Source: a virus | Taxonomy: Duplodnaviria > Caudoviricetes | IMG/VR virus record: IMGVR_UViG_3300047160_005525 | Span: 1-64,000 of that record | Length of the DNA stretch: 64,000 nt | Strand: one strand, 5' to 3' | Shown: one piece after another, positions 17,938 to 29,900 of the stretch | How positions within the stretch are numbered: the first letter of the stretch is position 1 | Layout of the letters: every line of letters starts with the position of its first letter | Made by a program: the position numbers and the translations under genes | The notes under the pieces: generated by a model | Told to the model about the DNA's origin: nothing | Database searches by the model: none | The model's input: the letters and a program-made list of their open reading frames with translations, nothing else

Positions 17938-20031
17938 ATGCCTATCTCTTTCGCAAACATTCCATCTAATATTAAGGTCCCTTTATATTGGGTGGAAGTG
18001 GATAACGCGAATCAAGCGTAGGTCCCTTTGTCGAGCAATCGACATCGAACATCGGGTGAACTCGGGGAAACTCCAGATCGGACAATCCCGAGCCAAGCTG
18101 CCGCAACGGCAGAAGGTGTAACGACTAGAGCGCAAGCTCGTAGGATCAAGCGATCCGAAGCGCCCGACGCCCCAAGTGGGCGGTGATATAGTCTCCTCCA
18201 CATAGGAATATGTGGCAGTCCGCAAAAGGACGGTAGCGAGAGTAGCGAACTCGCTGCGAAGATTAGGCCCTCAATGGCAGGTTTGCCGACGCTCAATCTG
18301 CGAGCGTTGCTGATCGGCACGATGAATGCTGACGGCACTGGCACTCAAGACATCCCGGTTGCCATAGGCACGCAAGCATCAGCCGACGAGAAGTTCGGCG
18401 TAGGCTCTGAACTCGCGCAGATGTTCAAAGCCTACTTTAAAAATAATTTTGCCAATGAGGTGTGGGCGGGGCCCGTGGCTCCGTCTACTAACTCGCAAGC
18501 AGCAAGTGGCACGATCACGGTGACGACGCCGCCGAGCGAGGCCGGAACGATCAATCTCTACATCGCCGGTCATCATGTGGCGGTCAACGTCGGCATGAGT
18601 GATACGGCTGAGCAGGTTGCGCTTGAAATCGCTAACGCGATTAATGCAATCGAACCCGCTTTGCCGGTGACAGCGGCAGCAGGGACCGGAGCGACAACTA
18701 CGGGAACTGGCACCGGCAATTCGACGGGCACGACCAGTCTGACCGTCTCGTCGTCAACCGGTACCATCGCGATCGGCGCGACCGTGACTGGCACCGGCGT
18801 TCCTGCCAACACGACGATTGCGAGTCAGACCTCGGGCACGATCGGCGGCGATGGCGTGTACGTCACCAGTAACCCGACGACGCTGTCGGCGGCAGCGATC
18901 ACGACCACGCTGACCAGCAATACGAACGTGGTCACGGTGACTTGCACCTTCCTGGGCGTCAACGGCAACGAGATTCGCATCGAGCAGGACTACTACGGAA
19001 TGCTCGGCGGCGAACGGCCGGTGACGGGGCTGGTGCTGACGTTGCCGGCGACAAACTTCTTGACCGGCGGTGTCGGCACGCCGGACTTTACCAACTTGAT
19101 CATAGCCATGGGCGAGACGCCGTTTGAGTATCTCTGCGTGCCTTACTGGGATTCCAACACCTTGCTCGCGTTTGAGGAGGAGATGGGATTCGGAGATTCG
19201 GGTCGCTGGGGATGGCAGCGTCAGCTGTTCGGCCATGTGTTCCTTGCCAAGCGCGGTCAATACTCGGACCTCGTCACCTGGGGCTTGACCCGCAACAGCG
19301 GATTGATCTCGGTGCTGGCGTTCGAGAATCCCACGCCGACGCCGATGTACGAGATGGCGGCGGCTTACACGGCGAAGGCGCAGCGCGCGCTCAGCAACGA
19401 CCCGGCCAGGCCGCTGCAGACCTTGCAACTCAACGGCACGCTGCCGGCGAAGCTGCACGATCGCTTCAACTTCGTCGAACTCAACTCCCTCGCCTCAAGC
19501 GGCCTTGCCATCCAGAAGTGTTGGGAAGGCTCGGGCATGTCGCAAATCGCCCGCGAGCAAACAACCTACCAACTTAATCTTTATGGCCAGGGCGATGACG
19601 CGTACGAACTCGTCACGACGCTCGCGACGTTGGCGAAGATTCTCCGCAATCAACGTCACGCGATCACGAGCAAGTATCCCAGACACAAACTTGCGAATGA
19701 CGGAACACGCTTCGGGCCAGGGCAGGCGATTGTGACCCCGGCTATTATCAAAGCCGAATTAGTCGCACAATACCGGATGGATATGTGGGACGGCCTCGTC
19801 GAGGACGTCGCCGACTTCAAGCGCTTCCTCCTGGTGGAAAGGGACCCGGATAACCCTAATAGGTTAAACGTGCTTTATCCGCCTGACTTGATAAATCAGC
19901 TGCGAATCTTCGCCGTGCTCGCACAATTTAGACTCCAGTACGATCGTGGGATCGATGTTGCCATTATCGGCTATACGGGACTCGCAGGAATCGCTGGACC
20001 TGGTGGTGCCTTAACTGGTACTGGTGGCTAA
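17938..20031 (+). CDS. contractile tail sheath (Mu gpL-like), interrupted by a group I intron at 18004-18267
   Basis: Exon 1 MPISFANIPSNIKVPLYWVEVD + exon 2 PSMAGLPTL...; sheath motifs YTAKAQRALSNDPARPLQTL, VERDPDNPNRLNVLYPPDLINQLRIFA. Confidence 0.92.
18004..18267 (+). mobile_element. ORF-less group I intron (264 nt)
   Basis: U at 5' splice site pairs with IGS GGUCC; P3 TCGGGTG/CGCCCGA; P4 CTCGGG/CCCGAG; P7 GACTA/TAGTC; P9 CCACATA-GGAA-TATGTGG; terminal G; in-frame TAG removed by splicing. Confidence 0.9.
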
Positions 20032-20708
20032 TGGTAGCAAGGGCCGAACGCGCAGCAGCGAAGGCGGCAGGGCTTATTCAATACTTTACGGGTAAGCCCT
20101 GCATCAATGGACATATTGGTCCGCGAAACACTGCTGGTGGCTATTGTCTTCAATGCATCAATGAACTGAGACAGTGTAAGCGTGCGAAGAAGAAAGGCTA
20201 TCGCACACGCGCTGAGATCGCTGCTGATACGAACAAGCCGATGCGTCGCTGCAAGGCGTGTAAGAAGGAATTTCCGGCAACATCGGAATTCTTTGTGACG
20301 CTGCGAAAGATTCAGCCAAGCGGCACGGTTACGCTTGGTTTTGCGCGTGAATGTCGAGACTGTCGGAATAAGCGCTTCACTACTTTCTATGCAGATAACC
20401 GTGAAGCGATGATTCTGCGAGTTACGGAATATACGCGCGATAATCCGGCACCGAAACGCAATCGGGATGCAATTCGTTACATGCGCCGTAAGAAGCGCAA
20501 TGGTTGTCCGCCGTGGGCTGATCAGAAGAAGCTCGAAACGATTTACGCGATTGCCGACTATCTGACGAAGAAGACCGGCATCCCGCATGAGGTGGATCAC
20601 TATTATCCACTCATGCACAAGAAGTGCTGCGGTCTGCATGTGCCGTGGAATCTACGCGTGATTACGCAGGCGGCGAACCAAGCCAAAGGCAATCGCTTGC
20701 CTGAGTAA
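20031..20708 (+). mobile_element. free-standing HNH endonuclease
   Basis: YFTGKPCINGH, PPWAD...EVDHYYPL..CCGLHVPWNLRVI...N..KGN. Confidence 0.85.
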
Positions 20709-20765
20709 GCCTACCTCTGCCCCGTCGTGACGACGCGGCCCAATCCCAACTGATGGAGAACTACA

Positions 20766-21131
20766 ATGGCAATTAAGTTTGCTGGAATTGCGTTCCTTAT
20801 GATTGACGCGCAACAGTATCGCTTGCGTGGAAATCTCACGGTTTCGCCCAGTCCCTTGGAACGCACGATGATCGCAGGTCAAGATTTCGTGCACGGGTAC
20901 CAAGAACTACCGCGAGTCCCGTACATTGAATGTGACCTCAGCGCGATGCCCGATCTCTCGCTTGAGGAACTGCTCGACCAGACCGATGTCACGGTTGTCG
21001 CCGAGCTTGCGAACGGTCTCGCCTACTCGCTACACAACGCCACCGTCAAAGGCGCGTTCGAAGAGAACACGCGCGATGGCCAATTGAGGGTGCGTTGGGA
21101 GGGCGTTTGGTGTGAAGAGTTGACTTGGTAA
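20766..21131 (+). CDS. tail tube protein (Mu gpM-like)
   Basis: FAGIAFLMID, ERTMIAGQDFVHGYQE, VVAELANG, VRWEG. Confidence 0.88.
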   Translation: MAIKFAGIAFLMIDAQQYRLRGNLTVSPSPLERTMIAGQDFVHGYQELPRVPYIECDLSAMPDLSLEELLDQTDVTVVAELANGLAYSLHNATVKGAFEENTRDGQLRVRWEGVWCEELTW

Positions 21132-21182
21132 GATATGAGCAATAACAAGGCGAGAGTAGCGGTATGGTTGTACGCAGCCTTC

Positions 21183-21914
21183 TCAAGTCTTACGCGACTT
21201 GCGGATGGCATGCATAAGCAATCGGGCTTGCCGGTTTCTCTCTCGTTGCTTGAGTCGTTCGTGCCGCTTGGTGATCGTGTTCTGGTGAGAATCCAGCTTC
21301 GCTTGGACTGCCTCATCAGGAGAACGCTTATCTCGCTCAGCGATAGCCTTTCGGTGAGATTCCAACTTTGCTCGCACTCTTTCGTCAGGTGATGGATCGA
21401 GTTTTGCGTATGGTCCAAAGTACTCTTCGGCTGCGATGCAGTAAGCGGTGTGAGCGTCTTCTACCGTGAAATAGACACCAAGACTAATGCTCCGTCCGTT
21501 GACTTTGATCCGGGCTACGTATCGTTGAATGCCTTTGTGCCAGGTGACTCCTTTTGGAAGAGTCTTTCCTTCGATTAGCTTACGATTTCTAGCTTGTTCT
21601 GTATCATTTCCCGGACGAAGATTTGACCAACGGTTATCGCTGGGGTCGCCGTTCTTATGATCTACTTCGGGTTTGTCCCAAGCTTCGGTCTTTCCTGGCC
21701 AGTCGCCGGTCATATAGAGAACGGCCAAGCGGCTAGCCTGATAGAGTTTACCGTCGATCTTGATTTCTAGACGCCCGTCTTTCTTAGGCGTGCCTGCAAC
21801 GCTACCCACGAGGACGCGGCCGTTCGGCTGTATGCGCCAGGTGAAGACGCCGGTGTCAGGATCGTAGTTGAGGATTTCGTCGAGACGAGCTTGCGTTAAG
21901 ATGTCATCAGCCAT
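21183..21914 (-). mobile_element. HNH-AP2 homing endonuclease
   Basis: LDEILNYDPDTGVFTW, VDHKNGDPSDNRWSNLR, AP2-like GVTWHK..RYVARIKVNG..LGVY. Confidence 0.88.
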
Positions 21915-22011
21915 TGGCGATGCTCCTACATCGTTGGTGGTTAGGGACTCGCGGGTGAGTGACACCATCCGTGAGTCCCGCTCAGACTATCACAAGGCAA
22001 TGAGGTGAACC

Positions 22012-22473
22012 ATGCCTGAAGTAAGGAAGATGCGCGAGGGTTTCGTCCAAGGCGACGAGCCCGAGCCTGTTGATGAAGGCGTTAAGAAACTCGAAGCGCC
22101 GGCGACGGAAGAAGCCGATGCCGAGGTGGTGCCGTTCGAAGCTCCAGCGGATGAGTGGCCACTGACGATCAAGCTGCTGCACAAGCCGTTGCAGATCAAG
22201 AAGGGCGAGGAGATCAAGGAACTGACGTTCCGCGAGCCGACGGCGGGCGATCTCATGCGTGCGGGTGGCAATCCATGTCGGGTGGAGGTTATCGACGTGG
22301 GTGGCGGCATGGTGACGTGGCAGCCGATCATCGATGACATGAAGATGATTCGGTTGATGGCGTCGCTGTGTGGCGTGCATGAGCCGGTGTTGCAGAGGAT
22401 GGACACGCGCGATTATTCGTCGTGTTCCCACAAGCTACGCAAATTTTTTCTCCCCGAACAAGGCATTTGGTAG
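22012..22473 (+). CDS. tail assembly chaperone (Mu gp41-like)
   Basis: ELTFREPTAGDL motif; lies between tube and tape measure. Confidence 0.8.
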   Translation: MPEVRKMREGFVQGDEPEPVDEGVKKLEAPATEEADAEVVPFEAPADEWPLTIKLLHKPLQIKKGEEIKELTFREPTAGDLMRAGGNPCRVEVIDVGGGMVTWQPIIDDMKMIRLMASLCGVHEPVLQRMDTRDYSSCSHKLRKFFLPEQGIW

Positions 22474-22480
22474 GGGTGCA

Positions 22481-22666
22481 TTGTTTGAGGATGTCAACGC
22501 CGACGAAGTGATTTTGAACTGCTATCGGCTAGCGGATCGTTTCCATCAAAATCCGGAAGTGTTTCTTGACATGGGGCTAAGCCGTGTCAATTGGCACATC
22601 CATTTTACCATCAAGTTGATTGAGGCGCAGAACAAGGCGCGCGCGGTGCAGAGTGATGAAGATTGA
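22481..22666 (+). CDS. second chaperone segment (GpE'/GT-like; TTG start or frameshift product)
   Basis: Short ORF ILNCYRLADRFHQNPEVFL between the chaperone and the tape measure. Confidence 0.6.
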   Translation: MFEDVNADEVILNCYRLADRFHQNPEVFLDMGLSRVNWHIHFTIKLIEAQNKARAVQSDED

Positions 22667-25600
22667 TGCCTGAAAATCAAGACCAAGAACTTAAACTTAG
22701 CGTGTCGCTTGACGATCAAGCGTCGGCGGAGCTTTCGCGTTTGGAAGCGCAGCTTCGCAGGCTTGGTTCGGCGAGTGGGCCGGCAGCATCAGGGCTTGGC
22801 AGTCTAGGCAAGCAATTAGGCGAGACAGGAGAACACGCAAAGCTATTAGAAGGAAGTTTGACCGGCATGGCGGCGAAGGCTGGCCTTGTCGGCGGGTTCT
22901 TTGCGGGGATTGGGACTGAAGTCGCCAAGATGGGCGCGCAGTTCATTTCGGCGACAACCGATCTCAAAGCCTACTCTGACGCGATGGTGAAGCTCGATCA
23001 GCAGTCGCGCGCAGCCGCGATGAGCATGGGGCAATTTCGTGCCGACGTTGCTGCGTTTCGCGAATCTGGTGTTGGCGCTGACCAAGCCGGCAAGATGATT
23101 CAGGGCTATGCTGATGCCCTGGCCAACTTGCAACAGCAGCACAGCGGCATTCGTCAGCAATTGCTTGCGGGGCAAACGGGTGCCTACCGCGAGCGGATGC
23201 AAGAGCTATTGCAGACTATTGCGACGTCTGATCGCGAGACTTCTGTCAATGCTATTCGCCAAGCCGGTTTAGCAATACGCGCGGAATGGGAACAGCGCGG
23301 GCAAGCGGAGCGAGGCGCGGCGGCGCAGCGCTCATTCTATGCGCGTCTGGGCATGCCTGGCCTGGAAAACGTGACCACCGAGTTGCGCAGGATTGGTGCT
23401 GAAGAACGTCTGATGGTCGAGCGACGTAAGGTCGATGCCCAACGATATCAGGTTGCACTTGAGCAACAAGTTGATGCCCGTCAGCGTTCGCTTGAATCGT
23501 TACAATCGATTGCATTTCAAATATTGCCGATTGCGAGCACAGCCGAGAAGATTGCGGAATGGACTAAAGAGATTGCTGATTGGTTTGAGAAATGGGAACG
23601 ACAGATTCCTCAGAGAATAGAGCGAGCCGAAGCGGCCCCGGCTTCAGGGCGCGCATGGTACGATCCGCGAGCCATATGGGACCCGCGCAACGTCGAGCGT
23701 GAACGGCGCGCGCGTCCCGAATTGCATGGTGAGGAATGGATACCGCTACCGCAAGCGCGGCCGGGCACTGCGCCAGGAGCGAGACCTGCGGCAGCAGCGC
23801 CATCACCGGAGGCGGAGCTACTGGGACGAACGCCGATAGTCGGCGGCGAGTATACGCGACAGTATTTTATGGGAGGTGAGCAGCAGCAACCTTATCCTGA
23901 GTCGCGGCAGTATTTCATGCAGCCTGGACAGCCGGCTCGTCCTGCAGGCACGCCGGGCAGTCAATTTCCGGGTCCGGAATCGATGGGTCGCGCGGCTCCA
24001 ATCTTTACCGACGAGCAATGGGCCAATTGGATTGTCGGCATGATCCCCAGTGTAGGTCCTTTAGTTGGGGCAATAAAATTGGCGCGGTGGGCTCGCACGG
24101 TACCGCAGGAACAGATCACAAGAATGGAGAGGCATCAGCAAGCGCAACACGAGTCCAAACTGAAGCAAGAGGCACTCGGTCAATATGCTGGCATTCCTCC
24201 AATTGGACAAGCTCTAGCTGCCAAGCCTGAAGAAGAAGGTGCTGCTCCTGAGAGTGCTGGAGAGCGCGCCGGCGAATTAATCGAACATGGTTTGCATGGT
24301 CTAGAATCTGCTGCGGGATTCTCTGGCTTTGATCAGGCTCAGCCGCAACAAAAAGAACACATCGATGCGGTGACTGAACTCACGACTGAGATGAAGCGGC
24401 TTAACGATTATCTGACCAGGGGAATAGGCGCGCCACGTGGCGCGCTTGGTTTTCTTGGGACGCAGATGGGCGGGCTCGCGCCGGGGCTAGGTGCGGGCAC
24501 TGGCACAGCGGGCGCGCTCGGCGGGCCGATGGGTGCGTTACCCGGTTTCCCCACGGGTGGTGGAGGCGGCGGCGGAGGTGGCGGTGGAGGTTTGCCAACA
24601 GGTGCTCGACCAACAGGTGCTCCACCGACTGGCGTTCCACCGACCGGTGCTCCACCGACAGGTGCTCCGCCCACGATAGGCACGCCGTTTGGCCCGCAAG
24701 CAGGAGCATTGACGCGCGGTGCTGCGGTGCCGCCGACTGCTGCAAAGCCCGGCGCTCCTGTTGAGGTGGGCACATTGAAGGCTCAGGCCAATGGTCGTGT
24801 CGATCCCACGCAATTGTATAATTATTTGCGGACCAAGTTCGCCAACTCGTCTCTCAATGGGTTTGTGCCGCCTGATGGTGCGAAATTTGGGATCAGAACA
24901 GGGTCTCCTGAAGAGTGGGCGACTCTTGGCGTAGCTGTAGCGAAGCAAGAATCTGAGTTTAAGGCAGGAGAAGTTAATACTCGTGATAAAGGTGGATCAG
25001 TAGGTCTCTTTCAGTTTGGGCAAGGCCAAAAAATATTTACAAAAGGTGGTGACCAACGTGATCCGCAACAGTCTGCGGATGCATTTGTCAGATCGTTTGA
25101 ACATTACATTAAAGGTCCTGGTGGTCAGTGGGGCAAAGGCAATATTCATGCGCTTAGCGAGACTTTTGGTTCGATCAGGCGTCCTTGGGAAACGACTCAA
25201 CATCTTCCGTTCGCGCGGGACATTGCTGCGAAGGCGGGACCTACTTCAGTCACGGCCGGCTCTCCCACTGAACTCAAGATCGAGAACGCGCGCGTTAGAG
25301 CGAACAGCGGCAACCCTGATCTTTCCGGGATGCTTGATCGCAACGTAACCAAGACTCAGTTGGCTGGAGGTGGTGGAGGGCTTCCTGCCGATGTTCCAGT
25401 CATTGGGCCGCATGCTCCGCATAACCTCTACCAGAAAGCGGGAATGCAGCCGATTACTGACGAAAGTAAATTGGCGACAGTCGATACTCCATATGGACCC
25501 GTGAAAAGTTATCCACCGGCAGCAAAAGATTTTCTTCATTTCACACAAGCTCTCAAAGCCGCTGGTGCTCCGGTTCATGGGTTTGGCAGCTACAACGTCC

Positions 25601-26988
25601 GCCCGATGCGGAAAAGCAGCGTATGGTCATCGCACTCATGGGCCGGTGCTTACGACATTGACGACGAGCCAAGTCTATCGCCTGCGATGAGGTCGTGGAT
25701 CAAGACTCATCCGAAGGAGTGGGAGTCGGCTCTTCGTTCGAGCAACATGACTCAGCCATATCCAGGCTGGGATGCGCCTCACATCGAGTGGGCTGGATTA
25801 GACAAAAGGGCGGGTTCTGGAGGGCCGACTGAATCTGAAAAGCTCACGATGCTCAAGACCAAGCCAGCCAAGCCCGATATGGCAGTCAAAGAGGCGGCGA
25901 AGAAAGCTACTGAAGAAACCAAGGTTGCTGTTGCTGAAAAGAAGCCAGACGCTGAAAGCAAGAGCGCTGCGTCTGCCGAGGCGCAAGCTGCCGTTAAGAA
26001 GGCAGCGACGTTCCATCACAACCGACCGCAAGGCGGCGCGCATGGTGAAAGCCATCCGATGAAGCTGCCTCGTGGTCATCCGCTGCCCGGTGGTGGAGCG
26101 GCAGCAGAATCCAAAGAACCAGAAATACAACCACTTGTGCCTATACCTAAAGGAGGTTGGGACCCTGCAACATTAAAAAGGGTTGCCGGAAAATGGCATG
26201 GTGCTGCTGAAGGTACAGGGAAAGGTTCGGTGTATGGAAGCTATGGCAAGTATGTTGATATCGTTCCAAAGACTGGCAAGTGGCAGGATGAACCCGGCAG
26301 CGCCTCGCTAGGCCAAATGTACGGGATGAAATATTTCCCCGAAAAGAGACAGGGTATCGCGCTTCCTAGTGCGAGAACGCTTGGACACATGTTTAGAGTC
26401 CATTGGCCAGATGGTAGGACAACTATCGAGCAACATACTGATATCGGTCCAAAGAAAAGTTTGCATAGGCAAGTTGATATTTCTGCGGCTGCGGCTACAC
26501 GGGCGGGCGTTGATGATCCGAAACAATTTCCAACTGATGCACCATTCACAACTGAGGAAGTACCGGAACTTGCTGAAGAAGGGCGAAGACGCATCAGAGC
26601 CGCCATGGCTGAATCCGCGTCTATGACCGACGCGCAGATCGCCGCGCTGCGCACCAAACCGACTCCCGAGGAGGTCGCTGCGTTGCGTGCTGGCACGACT
26701 GGCACGGCAGTCGGATTTGGGGGTGGGGGTGCGCCTGCAAGAAGAAGCCGCATGCCACTCGCGCAGCAAGGAGCATTAGCCAGCGCGGCTGACGGAGCCG
26801 CGCTCGATCGCCCGCGAAGAATTGATATCAGCAGCAGCGGCAAGCTTTCGGTCGACGTGAAAGCTCCCGAAGGCACAAAGGTCGCTGCTGAGGGTAAAGG
26901 CGTATTCAAGAAAACTGAAGTCGCGCGACAACATGTGCCTGCTGAGCGCGCCTCGTTCAAAGAACGTTGGCAAGGCCAGCGAGCTTGA
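22663..26988 (+). CDS. tape measure protein 1 with lysozyme-like, peptidase M15-like and DPBB-like cell-wall hydrolase domains
   Basis: Helical N-terminus; AKQESEF...SVGLFQF; SYNVRP..SSHSWAGAYDID..PHIEW; HTDIGP..RQVDIS; C-terminal GKLSVDVKAP. Confidence 0.85.
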   Translation: MMPENQDQELKLSVSLDDQASAELSRLEAQLRRLGSASGPAASGLGSLGKQLGETGEHAKLLEGSLTGMAAKAGLVGGFFAGIGTEVAKMGAQFISATTDLKAYSDAMVKLDQQSRAAAMSMGQFRADVAAFRESGVGADQAGKMIQGYADALANLQQQHSGIRQQLLAGQTGAYRERMQELLQTIATSDRETSVNAIRQAGLAIRAEWEQRGQAERGAAAQRSFYARLGMPGLENVTTELRRIGAEERLMVERRKVDAQRYQVALEQQVDARQRSLESLQSIAFQILPIASTAEKIAEWTKEIADWFEKWERQIPQRIERAEAAPASGRAWYDPRAIWDPRNVERERRARPELHGEEWIPLPQARPGTAPGARPAAAAPSPEAELLGRTPIVGGEYTRQYFMGGEQQQPYPESRQYFMQPGQPARPAGTPGSQFPGPESMGRAAPIFTDEQWANWIVGMIPSVGPLVGAIKLARWARTVPQEQITRMERHQQAQHESKLKQEALGQYAGIPPIGQALAAKPEEEGAAPESAGERAGELIEHGLHGLESAAGFSGFDQAQPQQKEHIDAVTELTTEMKRLNDYLTRGIGAPRGALGFLGTQMGGLAPGLGAGTGTAGALGGPMGALPGFPTGGGGGGGGGGGGLPTGARPTGAPPTGVPPTGAPPTGAPPTIGTPFGPQAGALTRGAAVPPTAAKPGAPVEVGTLKAQANGRVDPTQLYNYLRTKFANSSLNGFVPPDGAKFGIRTGSPEEWATLGVAVAKQESEFKAGEVNTRDKGGSVGLFQFGQGQKIFTKGGDQRDPQQSADAFVRSFEHYIKGPGGQWGKGNIHALSETFGSIRRPWETTQHLPFARDIAAKAGPTSVTAGSPTELKIENARVRANSGNPDLSGMLDRNVTKTQLAGGGGGLPADVPVIGPHAPHNLYQKAGMQPITDESKLATVDTPYGPVKSYPPAAKDFLHFTQALKAAGAPVHGFGSYNVRPMRKSSVWSSHSWAGAYDIDDEPSLSPAMRSWIKTHPKEWESALRSSNMTQPYPGWDAPHIEWAGLDKRAGSGGPTESEKLTMLKTKPAKPDMAVKEAAKKATEETKVAVAEKKPDAESKSAASAEAQAAVKKAATFHHNRPQGGAHGESHPMKLPRGHPLPGGGAAAESKEPEIQPLVPIPKGGWDPATLKRVAGKWHGAAEGTGKGSVYGSYGKYVDIVPKTGKWQDEPGSASLGQMYGMKYFPEKRQGIALPSARTLGHMFRVHWPDGRTTIEQHTDIGPKKSLHRQVDISAAAATRAGVDDPKQFPTDAPFTTEEVPELAEEGRRRIRAAMAESASMTDAQIAALRTKPTPEEVAALRAGTTGTAVGFGGGGAPARRSRMPLAQQGALASAADGAALDRPRRIDISSSGKLSVDVKAPEGTKVAAEGKGVFKKTEVARQHVPAERASFKERWQGQRA

Positions 26989-26994
26989 TTCCAA

Positions 26995-29900
26995 ATGGCC
27001 GATCAAGAGCAAGAACTAAAACTAAAAGTGACGCTTGACGATCAGGCGTCGGCGCAACTTGCACGCTTGCAGTCGTCGCTTGGAAACATTGGTGGAAGCA
27101 GCGGGCCTGCAGCGTCGGGTTTGCGCAATCTTGGCAACGAACTAAAGACGGCGGGAGCAGGCGCGAAAGTATTTCAAGGCAGCCTGACTGAGATGGCGGC
27201 GACTGGTGGTTTTGTCGCCGGCTTCTTTGGAGCGATCGGTGTCGAAGTTGCAAAACTGGGGGCGCAATTTGTTTCGGCTGTCACCGATCTGGAGGCGTAC
27301 TCCGATGCCATGGTCAAGCTCGACCAGCATGCGCGTGCAGCCGCGACGAGCATGGGCCAATTCCGCGCCAACGTCGCGGTGTTTCGCGAATCTGGCATCA
27401 GTGCGCAACAAGCCACCAGCATGCTTGAGGGATATTCCAATGCCTTAGCAGACTTGCAGCGACAAGACAGCCGTCTTCGACAGCAACTACTCGCTGGCCA
27501 GCGCGGTGAGTACCGGGAGCGTATGCAGCAACTACTGCAGACCATTGCGACGTCGGACCAACAGACCGGCATCAACGCGATTCGGCAGGCTGGCCGTTTG
27601 ATTCGTGAGGAATGGGAGCGACAAGGTCAAAGAGAAAGAGGCGCTGCTGCTGAGCGATCGTTCTTCGCGCGTCTGGGAATGCAGGGCCTCGAAAATGTGA
27701 GCGGCGAGGTACGTACTATCAGCGCCCAAGAGCAGGCGATGTACGACGCGCGCAGAGCCGATGCTCAGCGCTATCAGAAAGCTCTAGCAGATCAAGCTGA
27801 TGCTTGGGATCGCTCGGTCAAGTCAGTGCAGTCAATCGCGTTCCAGATTTTGCCGATTGCGACTGCAACCGAAAAGATAGCGGGATGGGCAAAGGAATAT
27901 GCGGATCATCTTGAGCGAGCGGAGAGGGCTAACAGGAGACAGAAGGAAGCAGGCGAGGCAGCGGTAAAGCCGGGGATGAACTGGCTCCAGCGCCAGTGGG
28001 CGCGATCGAGAGCTATCGCTGCAGAGGAACGAAGACAGCGAGAGACCGGCATAATAGACGTGCCGTTGCCGACTCCGCGGCCAGGACCTCAGACAGCAGC
28101 ACAAGAAAATATTGGGCCTCGCGTTCAAGACATGCTGCCGCGTGTTGGCGGGCAATACACACGCGGCGGCGAGGAAGCCGGTGTGCGTATAGCTGCGCCA
28201 GCGGCAGCGCCTGCGCCAGCAGCAGCGCCAGCAGCAGCGCCAGCAGCGGCGGCAATCGCTGAGCAAGCCATTCATCCAGCAGGAGCAACAGCGCCAACAG
28301 CACCAGCGCCACCAACGCATCCCTCCTTACTGGGGCGGATTCGCGAGCGGCTTCATGGATGGTTCTCACACACTGCTCGTCAGTCTTTCGAGGAAGGTGC
28401 TGGTCAGGCTGTGCCGTCTGGCGTCGGCGCGATGCGAGCGATCAGCAGCGAGATTCGCGTCAATGAAAATTGGAACAGGATGATCCGCGATCCTGAACTG
28501 ATCAGGAGGGGTCGGGCTCACATCCTTGATTTACGCAAGCCGGGCGTCACTGGTCCGCCGGTTGGTGGTCAAGTTGGGTTTGGCGGTGAAAGCGCTCAAG
28601 GCGCGTTGGCCGCCAACACGGCCGAACTCAAGCGGCTCAACGATATTTTGACTGGGACCGCAGGCGGTGGCGCGGTGGGCTTTACGGGTATGGGTGGCGG
28701 CGCTCGCGGTGCTGGCCTTTGGGGTGCGGGGACTGGCGGAGTCGGTGCTGGCGGCGGCATGGGTGGCTTACCAGGATTTGGCGGCGGTGGCGGAGGTGGA
28801 GGCGGAGGTGGAGGTGGTGGTGGCGGAGGAGGTGGAGGTGGAGGTGGAGGTTATCCCACAGGTCCGACAGGCGCTCCGCCGACTGGACCGGGCGCTCCGC
28901 CAGCTGGTCCACCAACAGCCGTTCCGCCTGGTGCTCCGCCAACAGGTGCTCCACCGACTGGGCCGGGAGCGCCAGCAGCGCCAGCACGACCAGGAGGAGC
29001 GGCAGCGGGTGTCGCTGGATTGCCGGGCGGTCCATCTGGACCTGCTGTGGCACCGCCAGCAGCGGCAGCACCATCTGCGGCTGGCATACCTGGATTACCG
29101 GGCGGTCCATCTGGTCCAGCGGTAGCTCCACCAGCAGCGCCAGCGGCGTTGACGCCTTGGGGCGGTGCGGCTGGCATACCTGGATTAGCGGGTGGTCCAT
29201 CTGGGGTTGCGGTAGGACCGCCGGGGGCAGCGCCAGCAGTCAGCGCGGCGGGTATAACTGGACTACCGGGCGGCCCATCCGGCGGACCTGCAGCGGCACG
29301 TCCGTCAGCGGGACCAGTGCAAGCTGGCGCGGCGGGTATCGCTGGATTACCGGGCGGGCCTTCTGGACCTGCGGTGCATCGTCCTGCAGCCGCACTGCCT
29401 GGGACGGGTCCCGAACAGCGTGCCGGTGGTGGTCCTTTGCCGGGTGGCTCTGGTAGCTCAGCCATTTACCATAAGTTGCTCGCTGCATACCAAAATTCAA
29501 GCGTAGTCGGCACCATCCCTTCCGACGGTGCGAGGTATGGGTTCAAAACGGGTTCGGCACAGGAGTGGGCTCGCTTTGGGATGATAATTGCGGCTTCCGA
29601 ATCGGACTATGACCCAAAATCACGAGGTCCAAAGGGAGAGAAGTCTTATGGGATTTTCCAATACGATCACCCGCAAGTTCCGGGCGGGGATGCAACTAAC
29701 GTAGATGCATCGGTCAAAGCGTTCGTTCGTGATTCTGAATCTTCGATGAAGACGCATGGCGGTTTTACAGGCAGTGGTCGAGGTGCACACGCGTCAGGAT
29801 CAATACTTTACCGAAGGTTCTCGACAATCCAAAGCACGCCTCCTGCGTACCGCGCTCAACAAGCTGACGCAGCAATAGCGGCGGCTCAACGTCAAGGAGC

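Noticed and set aside
28785-28852. GGY-rich tracts in TMP2, TMP1 (about 24560) and gp45 (about 34420) as further arrays
   Set aside because: They have a 3-bp period encoding poly-Gly linkers, with no 5-bp phase and no hairpin.
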